Below are positions 10,801 through 22,800 of a DNA stretch of 64,000 nt, one piece after another. The translations under genes and the position numbers were made by a program. A model generated the notes under the pieces. That model worked only from the letters and a program-made list of their open reading frames with translations. It did no database searches and was not told the origin of the DNA. The stretch lies in contig NW_026782216.1 in NCBI RefSeq assembly GCF_031769215.1, forward strand, positions 1 through 64,000, in the 5' to 3' direction. The stretch is from Ylistrum balloti. Its lineage: Eukaryota. Each line of letters begins with the position of its first letter. The first letter of the stretch is position 1.

Positions 10801-13800
10801 ATTTCATCTTAATTTTGGGAAAATAATGATACTTTGTAATATTTTTTGATAGTTACATCAGGTTATTTACTTAGAAAATATTTTACTGATTAACGTATAT
10901 GATTTCTGTGTTCAATAGGTATGGCCAGACTGGCTCTGGAAAGACCTTCACAATGGAAGGAGAACGTACAGATGACCCAGGTATTTCCTGGGAGGATGAC
11001 CCCTTAGCTGGTATCATTCCACGGGCTATGAGCCATATATTTGAGCAGCTGAAAACTCAGGTAGTGACAATAATACCTGGTAATCTAAAAACACATTGAA
11101 GAGTCAGTGTTGTACTTTGAAGAAATAGAGAGAAGTATTCACCATATATATATATATAATATTTTTTTCACATGAATACATCACTTATTCTATATACAAA
11201 ATTATTTTTACCTATATACATGGGGTTTCAGGAGCATTTAACTATTACCATACCTTGTTTAAAAGTGAACACAAAGGTAAAAACTTTGGCAGTACAGTAT
11301 TGTTGGATAAAAAATGATGATATTTTTGTTAAGATTAAGAAAATTGCCTTCCATACAAGTAAAAATAAACCATTGTTTGTTCTTAATGCAAGCGACTTGA
11401 CACAGATTAGTCATCTATCTAAATTCTTGTATGAAACTTGTATCAATTATATTTTTAGACATGATATGATCATTGATGTGTCCATTTTATTTTAGGATGT
11501 GGAATTCTCTGTGAGAGTCTCATTTTTAGAGCTCTATAATGAAGAATTGTTTGACCTTTTGGGATCTGGTGATGATGCCTTAAGACTCAGGATATACGAG
11601 GACAGCACAAAAAAGGTATACAGACTAGCAACTTTCAATTAATTCGGCTAATATGTTTATTTCATTGTATTCTCAATGTCCTTCTATTTTTGTAAGTGTT
11701 AACTTTAGTTGTTATGTTGATTGTTTCATTTCAGGGTTCAGTGATCATCAATGGTTTAGAAGAAGTTGTAGTCCGCAGCAAGAATGAAGTCTTTGAGATT
11801 CTGCAGCGAGGGACGGCACGAAGACAGACTGCTGCGACGTTGATGAATGCACATTCTAGGTAAAAGGTTTAATTTCATTAATAGGCTAAATATATAATAC
11901 CTATATTTTCATCATCAACAATCTAGAGTAAAGTTGAAAAAATAATGATTTTAGTTAATAGATACACCATTTAACTTATTTTGAAAATATTTTCTGCAAT
12001 TTCAATCTTAAACCCCACAGTTTGACAAGTCACCTCTGTGTATTCTCTGATAGCCCTGATTTAACTGGCCCTAGAAACCAGTTATCCTCTTTGTTTACTG
12101 ATACAGCACAGCCTAAATGTAATAGGCATTGTATTGTCTCTATTACCAGCAAATCTGCAATGCCGTTTTCAAATTTTAATGAAAGTTTAGTGAAAGCTTC
12201 AAAACTGGAAATACTTCCTCTTAAGCATAGCACAAAATTATGGTTCAAGTGACTGTTCAATCTGTTGACAGTATTTGGGGGGATGGGGGGGCACAGAGTT
12301 CTGCGAGGTATTAAAGAGCCAATTTCAGTAGTAAGGCTTTGGAAACACTCCAACGCATATTGCGAAAAGACATGTTATGAATTTTATTTTGTTGTTTTTT
12401 GCAGTCGTTCACACACAGTATTTTCAGTGACAGTTCACATCAAAGAGAGTAACATTGATGGAGAAGAACTCCTTAAGACAGGAAAACTGTATTTGGTAGG
12501 TATATGATGCTACTAAGATGGTAAATAGTTCAGTAGTTTAGTCTTACTATTGATGAAAAGGGAATGTGATCACTAAAGCAAAATATGTTGTTGTGTTTAG
12601 TATGATCGAAAAAACACTAAAAATTTACCTCTAAATGATATACCCTGATAATGATTGTCTTTGACTGAGATGAAAGTAATGCAATTACTTAATTTTTCAG
12701 GTTAATACAAAGATTTGTCTACCTTTCAAAGGTGATATTCCCAGAGGCTGTTTCATATTGAAATAGATAAAAAAAAAGTTGATAACTGATATATTTGGAA
12801 GATACCAAATCATGATCCATGCAATTGACTTTATATTTTAAATTGCAGTATATATTGTTCAGCAGTTAGTGGTAAACAACTAAGTGATGACAGTTTATTG
12901 TAATATGATGTCTTGATTATACAGGTGGATTTAGCTGGTAGTGAAAACATTGGTCGTTCTGGAGCAGTAGACAAACGGGCAAGAGAGGCTGGAAGTATAA
13001 ACCAAAGTCTACTGACTCTTGGTCGAGTGATCACTTCCCTAGTGGAGCATGCCCCTCATATACCATACAGGTTGGTTTTCATAGGTCACTGAAGCACAAC
13101 CCTTATATATTATACAGGTTGGTTTATAGATCACTGAAGCTCGACCCTCATATACCATACAAGTTGGTTTATAGGTTACTTAAAATTGGTTACTATGAGT
13201 TTTTCATTGACTCTCAACTTGTTTTTTTTTTTTTTTTTTAGAGAAAGCAAGTTGACACGTCTGCTACAAGACTCTCTAGGAGGTCGCACCAAGACTTCTA
13301 TCATCGCTACAATTTCACCAGCTGCCTGTAATCTGGATGTAAGTTAACTGGTCATAGCTAGAACATGGTTTTGTCTAGCATATTATATTATGGTTCAAGA
13401 AAATTGTTTTGGGATCCTAGAAAAATTATGGTTGAATGGTTGAGTGTTGGTTTTATTATAATGGTGACTTTGTGAAAATGTCTAAAAAGATTTAACTTTA
13501 CCATATAAAACTCAAGTGGTTAGTGGAATCAAACTGTATCAAGGGGTTAGTGAAACCATACTGAGTAAAGGACTGGGTCAAGGGAGATAGTGGAAACATA
13601 CTGGGTCTAGGTGTTAGCGGAAACACATTGGTAAAGGGGTTAGTGGAACCATACTAAGTAAAGAAGTTAGTGGAACCATACTGGGTCAAGGGAGATAGTG
13701 GAACCATACTGGGTCAAGGGAGTTAGTCAACTCTATTGAATCAGGGGGTTAGTGGAACAATACTGGGTCAAGGGAGATAGTAGAACCATACTGGGTCAAG

Positions 13801-16800
13801 GACTTGGTAATTGTTACCCTACTGGGTCAAATAGTTAGGGGAGTCATTTTTCAAGGATGGAATAAAATTGCAAAAAAATGGATTCATAGACAATAAAGCA
13901 TCAGTAAATCAATTGTCTGTTTCAAGACATGCAGCTAAAAAATGCTACCAGGTTGTAATGATACCACATTTTGAACCATCCAAAAACCTTTCCAGGTGTT
14001 TTTTGCCTAGACTGAATAGAATTGATCATCTTGTATTGTACTATATTAATGTTTGAATATTGATCTTATTTCTTCTTGTAGGAAACCCTTAGTACTTTGG
14101 ACTATGCTCATCGTGCCAAGAACATCCAGAACCGGCCAGAAATCAATCAAAAACTAACCAAGAAGGCTTTAATAAGGGTATAACTACATCTTCACTCCTA
14201 CTGTACCACAGCAAATAATTGCACCAAGTTACAAACAACAATACATACAACATAGAGAGGAATGTGAATTGGCCTGTATAGCATTTAATATGTCTCACTT
14301 TAAGATTTTTTGTTATTAAAAGAATAGAATATTGTTTATAATAAAAAGATGGTGTCATTCTGTAGATCGTAATATTTAAGTCCTTGAATCATGCTAGACC
14401 TGTGGAACTCGTCAACTTTTTCAGAACCTTCTTTAACTATCAGAGGACTCAAACTTTTGATAATGATGTTTTAAATTCCTCAGTAAAAAAATCACTTCAG
14501 AAGCTTGGCATATTTCATTTAGTCTTTATTTTTAATAGTTTAGGTTTTAATGTCGAGCAAAGAAATGAAATACCAGATTTTAATGATGTCAAATCCTAAA
14601 TAGATCAAGCTGAGTCAGGTGTCCCATACATATATATCCTTTGAGAATTTGACTGCTCTCCATATCAAAACTGGGTTATAAGTTGTTATTTTCTACTCGG
14701 ATCAAACACTTTTATTCATTATAAGTTTACAAACTTATTTTGAAATCAAGAATAATGCAAACCACTGGTCAGTCTCAATGACATATATGTAATGTTTCAG
14801 GAGTACACTGAGGAGATAGAGAGGTTAAGGAGAGACCTACAGGCTGTTCGAGAGAAAAATGGAATTTACCTGGCAGAAGAAAATTATGTGTAAGTATTCT
14901 ATTAAAGCATTTAACTGGCTTGTATTATATCTAACTGGCAAAGCATAGCAGGAACATGACCACAGCATTATAAATTTGCCTGCGAAAATAAAGATAATAC
15001 TGGCATGTCATTTTTTCATACTCCAATTGGGCAAAATGTGAAAAAAAATTTAATTTCTTGAAGACCCCTGAAAAGTAGAGGAAAAATAGGACAGGGCGTT
15101 TTGGAAGGATTAGCATCTTATACTGCATTGACTACACTCACCCTGTAATGGTAAATCTTGGTCAATCCAAGTTAGTAGTGTTATTCTCAAACTATTTCTG
15201 GATAGTTAACAAAATAAGAAAACGGAAAATTGGGTTGCATTATGATTATTACTGGGTTTTTTTCAGAGCTATGCAGAATAAGATTACACAACAGTGTGAA
15301 AGCATTAAAGATATGGAAGAGAACATTGCTGCTTTAACAGATGAAATGAACAAGGTAGGATAATACCCACTTTGGGTCTGTAATTAGCATATGTGTAGCT
15401 ATGTCTTCATTAAAAGTAGTGTTATATTTTGGTTTTCCTCTTATATTGGAACTTAAAGAAAATAAGCAAGAACTTGACCATTTATGGCAAGTGTTTGATT
15501 CAAGATAGGAGCCAAGAAGTTCAGACCTCTGAGCATTATTATCACGAGCCTTCCACCTCTGGGTAACAGGATCGAGGCCTATATGGGGCAGTCAACAGGT
15601 ACTGACCATAGGTCAGTGGGTTTTCTCTGGTTGCTCCAGCTTTTCTCCACCAATTAAATTTGACACAACCTTCAATGACCTTGGCTGTTTACAGGATGTA
15701 AAGCGATAATAAACGAATGAAATGATTTAAGATACTGTGCTGATTTATGACATTGTGGCTGTTTCTCAGGAAGATATGATATAGACTGTTTGTGCTGTTG
15801 AGGTTGTGTCTTTGGGGAAGACACTTAAACCCAATTGCTTTTGATGGCTGTGATGGACCTTATGTATAGTGTTAAGTGATGTAGCCAGGAACTAGTACAT
15901 ACTAAGTAGAGATATGGACAATAACACTACAATATCCCAGTACAGGAAGATGATGTATGATCAGGTAGCATTTCTATGGAAGCTACAATAGACAGACATT
16001 ACCAAACATGGGCCTATTGTAGGACAAACATGGTAAATCGGTGGTATAAATTGAGCCTTCACCAGCTATTTCAGTCTAGAACTTGACGTCCTCAGATAAT
16101 ATTTGGACAAAATCTAGCAAACTAGTCACTAAAATACTAGAAATTCTTCGTTAGATCCAAAGTATATTTAGTTTGACTTGTAAAGTTAACTAAGCGATTT
16201 CTCTTGAAAGAAGAAAGATAAATCCATGAAACTGGCTCAGAAAGCTGAAGATTTGAAATAAAATTAATGATAAGCAAGTCTTTACTGTGTTGTTTCATAA
16301 AAGTTTTTCAATGTTTTGCTAAAAAAATAAACAGATAAAAATCTTTTCATCGTTTATCACATTTCGTGGAATATAAGGTTTTATTGTTAAGATACAGGTA
16401 CAAATGATATTTGAAAATTAGACCTTTTTTGATATTTTCACTGAATTTTGTCAATCATACCACAGTATCTGCAATGAAAATGTCAGTTTTCCTAGGTTAT
16501 ATTGCAGAACTCATAAAGAAGGTGCAAAATATCAAGTTTCAACCCTCTCAATATTATTAAGAACCAAGGATTATCCTTTTTATCTGTTGTTTGTTGAAGT
16601 GCACTTATCTGTTTTGCAGTTGACTGAGGTTTACACAGAAACGGAACAGAGACTTGAGGAAACAACCAAAAACTTGACCGTCACCACCGACAACCTTATC
16701 AAGACAACAGAAAACTTACATGAAACAAAACAAGAGCTTAAAGCCACAGTACAGGACCGTGACGAACAGAAATACCTGGTGGCGGAACATGTATCTACAG

Positions 16801-19800
16801 AGACCTGTTTGTATGGGGAAGCCAAAGAGGTGTGTACATGATACATCAATTTTATTATTTGTCCCCTATTGGTGAAACAGGAGGGGAATATAGTCTTTGT
16901 CTTCATATGTCTGTCCTTTCCTCTGTCCAGATGTTGGTTTCCAGATGAAAACTTGAGAAATGTTGGATAGATTTGAATGAAAATTCATTTAATGTTAGGT
17001 TATGAGGTGATACAGAGGTGGTTTGAGCTTGTGGTTGAAAGGTCAACTAGGAATGTCACTGTTACTAAAAATGGCTTCCAGGTGATGATTAGTGATAGGG
17101 TTGACATATTATTGAAACTTGATATATATATGATATATCTTCCTGTTTGTAGTTACTGGCAACAGTTGACTCAGCCCTGTCTGATATTGATGGTCTCCAC
17201 AGCAAACTGGATAGGAAAAAGGAAGTAGAGGCGAGTAATGAGGAATGCCAGCTTCAGTTTAAGGAACGTTTCCAGAGTCAAATCACTCAGATGAAGGAAG
17301 GGGTCAACAACTTTTTAACAAGCACAAAACAGTATCAAGAAAGTCTCATTGACAAAACAGGTAAGATGTGAAAATTAGTAGGACCAAATTTTTTAATATC
17401 ATAAAAAAGGACATTTCTTGGTTGAAGCAAGTTTTGTAGGATTTCCCAGAGTTCTATAGTAATTAGCACCTGATAATCTAAACAAAATAGAAAGGTGATT
17501 CCTCTATTTACAGTCCTTCTTCATTAAAATATATTATCCTTTTTATCAGTGACAAAGTTTACAAACACAAGAACATTTTGTTCAACAGTTGAAAAACCAC
17601 TATCTTGAAACATCCTATTGTTGTAGGCTTTCTGATACCACAGCAACAAAACAAACAACTGTAATTGTAATATTTCACATACATGTGTAGTCATATATCA
17701 TTTGCTGTTTATGAAATAAGGGTTTACTTTGTTGAGGTTCATTAAAAAAACAAATTGAAAAGATTGGTGTAAGGACCATATCTCAAACATCTTCATTTCA
17801 TGGAGGCATTTTAAAATTTTCGAAAGTCAAGCACAATGTGAGATACAATGACATTTATGTCATAACTATGCAGGCGAGAAAGACTATCATTATTGATTAT
17901 AGAGTCAACTATAACAGTAACTGAAATAAGTATCACATCATGTTTTACATGTTATACTAAGTATATCGTATTAATATGATCCTTGGTCAAGGTCCAAGCT
18001 CACATGTCATAACTTTTTCTAATCCATCAAATAATGATATTTATGTACATTTGAGCAGGACACAGTTTTTTAGTGTGAAGTTGTAAATTACAGTGAGTCT
18101 GCTTCAACAACAAAAGGACCAGGTATCTATCTCCTGTCAGTCTGTTACTGACCACCAACAAAGACTGACTGATCAGGCTGGAGTCATCGGTCAGCACAGC
18201 AGTGACCAGACTGACCTATTCTCAAAGTGGATGGACAGTATCGAAGAAGCCACAGCCTCTACACAGGTGAGTCTGGTATCACTTACTACTATTAGAAGAG
18301 GATTAATGCTCTGTAGCTGTGCCATGTGTATGATATCATTGTTACTATGAAAACTTGTCTATTTCAGATGGAGCAAACTAAAGCACTTACAGAGTTCCAG
18401 ACAGATTTATTGGAGCCATCTGTACAGTGTGCAGTGGAATCAAACAATCTGTCAGCCACCATACTTCAGAGACAAATAGAACTCCTGCATGCTCAGGTTT
18501 GTAACATCTTTTTAGATATGGCTAATGGTCTGCTACCATCGTCAGACACAATAAAATTCCTATATGCTCTGATTTGTATCATCTTTTTAAATAACCTGTG
18601 GTCTGCTACCATCTTCAGACAAAATATAATATAAAATGTATGCTAAGGTTTTTAATGTCTTGTGTAACCAGTGGTCTGATATCGTCACATCTAACTAAGG
18701 ATCTGCCACTAGGATTCCCGAGCATGTCAAAATAAAATGGAAGATTGAATTGTCAGTGATCTTTGCCATTATTGATTGCTTACATTTAACTTTTGCTGCT
18801 GTACAATATGATCATTTCCCTTATATACCCAGTCAGTAAAAAGTAATATGGCTTTTTCAAACTTTTCTTTTGTGAATATTTTATCAAAAGAGAGAGGGGT
18901 GAATGGGGAGCATTTAGGTATGGTATTACCCATATTTCCCATTCAGGTTCATGGTCATGCATTCATGTTCTTGTCTACTTTGTAGTATAACATCAAGTTC
19001 CACACCTAATCATATTTAGGTGACCACTGCTCGAGGTAAATGTTCAGAGGTCGCATTTGACAACTTCTGCTAATCTATCAAATTGTAATACTTGAGAGCC
19101 AGGTAGTTATTTCAAATTTACAGTGTATTTTCTTTTCCACAAATTTTTTATCATCATACTAACCACATCCCTTGTTATTATGATGATGTCCATACACTTA
19201 TGTATAGAAAAGGTGATGCCTTTTGTTTTACAGAAAACAGAGCAAGAAGAGATTGTAAATAATTTCACAAATAAAATTACCACTAACTTGGAGACTTTGA
19301 CCAAATTGACAAGCGATTTCTTCACGCTAATGACAGAAGACCTTGAAGAGACAGAGAGGCAGACAGAAGAAGAAGAAAGAATAGATAAGGTGAAATATTT
19401 TCATTCAGTCAAGAGGAAAGAGCAAATGCAAGATTTTTAAGTGTTACATTGGCTAGTGTCACTGTTTCTAAAATTAGAATTTCTCAGTATCCATGTCTAG
19501 AGATTTTAAAGACAAGCGTTAAAAAGTCATGTTTCAGGGTTCAAAGGTCAATAGGGAAAGGGCATGCATTTTCTAAATTGTAAAATTGTATATTTTTGTG
19601 GGGCTCAATTTTTGTGTTTTTTAAACAATTACTATTTCATGGACACTTGATTTCCGAGATAGTTATAGCTCAATAAGTCTACTCATGCTTATTTCAACAG
19701 TCTGTGAACATTGATTGGTGGATTAAGGGTACCTATAAAATCAATGAAAATAAACACCCTACAAAAATTAATGATTTTACAATATTTGGTAAATATCATC

Positions 19801-22800
19801 ATCATAAAAACTTTGAACTGCAAAATTGGCTATAATTGTAACTTATTGTTGTTTTCATTTCATTCATGGTTAGGAACTTGAGGAAAAAATAATGCAGCAC
19901 CAACAGAAACGCTTGGAACTACTGACAAAGGTAAGCTACAGAATTGTCTTTACAGTAGGACTACAGAATTGGGAATAATATGTACTTGACATATTAAAAG
20001 CCTTGATGCAGCATTACTAGACAGACTTGTAGTTCTTATTCTTACTATTGTCACTGTTTTGTGAATTTAAAACTAGAAATTTGTCAAAGATGGAGAATCA
20101 AAAGTCCATTTTTGAAGTAAAGTGCCCATTGTTTGCTCTGGGAAATGATGTGTTCTTAGACAACAAAAAATGTTGACAAGCATTGGATATATGAACATTT
20201 TTATCAACAGAGTTGCATGAACAAATATAGGACACAAGCATGATTTACCATTATGAACTGTATATTTGGTTAATGATGAAGATACTTATATGTAGCAGAT
20301 AATGACAGTTTTTCTGTGTTTTGACAGACAAGGAACCGTAAACGATCCAGACAGCAGGCAGTACAGCAATTTCTTGACACCATAATGGGGTAAGTGTACT
20401 GCTACCTTTTCTCACCTGATGTCATACTGAAGGCGAAGCAGTTGTGGAGAAATTCAGCAGAGATCTGTTGAAAAAGTTCTGATCAGGAGAGAAAGTTTTA
20501 GGGTGCAACTCCTGACTTGGACAGATTCAACAGAGTTCTGTTGAAAACATTCTGATTAGAAGCAAAAGTTTGTGGATTAACTTCTTCATATGTTATACAA
20601 GATTTTTGTTGGCTTTAGAGATATACAGAATTTCTTAACATTTTTTGTGTGTTTTTAGTAACATGTATAATTTCTAGACTAGGAATACTAGTTTTCTTTC
20701 ACAAATCTTTTTTTAAGATACATGTATCAACTTTTCGCGGTCTTATGGTATTCTCAAAAATAGCGAAAAATAGAGCCCCTTGAAAATGACAAGCATTTCA
20801 TAAGTAGGTAGTTATACTCAATGTCTCTTTCCTCCTGCTATAGTAACCTACAGGAAGTGCAAACAGGAACAGAACAGACGAAGCCAGAACTAATGGGAGT
20901 TGTAGCCTCTAACTGTACCAACAACCAGAGAGACCTGTCGCAGGTAAGGATAGCGCGGCCTTTGACATTCTGTATTGGTTAGTCTCTTGCATGACCTGTC
21001 ACAGGTTAGGATGGTTAGCCTTCAGCATGGCCTGTCACAGGTAAGGATGGTTAGCCTCCAGTATGGTCTGTCACAGGTAAGGATGGTTAGCCTCCAGCAT
21101 GGCCTGTCACAGATTAGGATGGTTAGCCTTCAGCATGGCCTGTCACAGGTAAGGATGGTTAGCCTCCAGTATGGTCTGTCACAGGTAAGGATGGTTAGCC
21201 TTCAGCATGGTCTGTCACAGGTAAGGATGGTTAGCCTTCAGCATGGCCCGTTACAGGTAAGGATGGTTAGCCTCCTGTATGGTCTGTCACAGGTAAGGAT
21301 GGTTAGCCTCCAGCATGGCCTGTCACAGATTAGGATGGTTAGCCTTCAGCATGGCCTGTCACAGGTAAGGATGGTTAGCCTCCAGTATGGTCTGTCACAG
21401 GTAAGGATGGTTAGCCTTCAGCATGGCCTGTCACAGATTAGGATGGTTAGCCTCCAGTATGGTCTATTACAGGTAAGGATGGTTAGCCTTCAGCATGGTC
21501 TGTCACAGGTAAGGATGGTTAGCCTTCAGCATGGCCCGTTACAGGTAAGGATGGTTAGCCTCCTGTATGGTCTGTCACAGGTAAGGATGGTTAGCCTCCA
21601 GCATGGCCTGTCACAGATTAGGATGGTTAGCCTTCAGCATGGCCTGTCACAGGTAAGGATGGTTAGCCTCCAGTATGGTCTGTCACAGGTAAGGATGGTT
21701 AGCCTTCAGCATGGCCCGTTACAGGTAAGGATGGTTAGTCTCCCGTATGGCCTGACACAGGTAAGGATGGTTAGCCTTCAGCATGGCCTGTCACAGGTAA
21801 GGATGGTTAGTCTCCAGTATGGTCTGTCACAGGTAAGGATGGTTAGCCTTCAACATGGCCTGTCACAAGTTACATGGGTGAGACAATTAATATTCTTTGC
21901 TGATAAGCTTCCAACTGTAGGAAGAGGCACTTGATAGGCTCATTCTCAAATGCAGTGCAGAAAATGTTGCTGTGGGGCCATGATAGCTTAGATAGTAGAG
22001 CATCAGTCTCAGGTGAATATCTGAGGTGTATGGTTTGATCCCTTCCCAGATTGTTGTGTTTATCCTATGGTGACATGATGTTCAGTGAGAAAGCCACCAG
22101 CTGCTACAGGGAGATCCTGTTTAAAATGACATGTGTAATAAATCCATAAGAGATAAAGACAACAAACAAAATTAAAATTTGTTTAAATATATCATTATTG
22201 TTTACATAGGTGCTGACGGAGGTGGACAAGTGTACAGGGACATGTGAGGACATCAAACAAAAAGTCAGTGACATCAACAGTCAAACACAACAGGTATGTT
22301 CTCTAAACATATTCAAAATTAAATGTCAAACACAACAGGTATGTTCTCTTAACATATTCAAAATTAAATGTCAAACCCAACAGGTATGTTCTCTTAACAT
22401 ATCCAAAATTAAATGTCAAACCCAACAGGTATGTTCTCTTAACATATCCAAAATTAAATGTCAAACCCAACAGGTATGTTCTCTTAACATATTCAAAATT
22501 AAATGTCAAACCCAACAGGTATGTTCTCTAAACATATTCAAAATTAAAAGTCAAACCCAACAGGTATGTTCTCTTAACATATCCAAAATTAAATGTCAAA
22601 CCCAACAGGTATGTTCTCTTAACATATTCAAAATTAAATGTCAAACCCAACAGGTATGTTCTCTTAACATATTCAAAATTAAATGTCAAACCCAACAGGT
22701 ATGTTCTCTAAACATATTCAAAATTAAAAGTCAAACCCAATAGGTATGTTCTCCATCATGAAATTAACAGTCAAACTTAGCAGATATGTTCTTTATATCT

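Noticed and set aside
20975-21934. 319-aa ORF ([12 protein letters not shown])n as a protein
   Set aside because: It is a by-product of a stop-free 36-bp intronic repeat, out of frame with KIF11 exon 19, and has no proper start.
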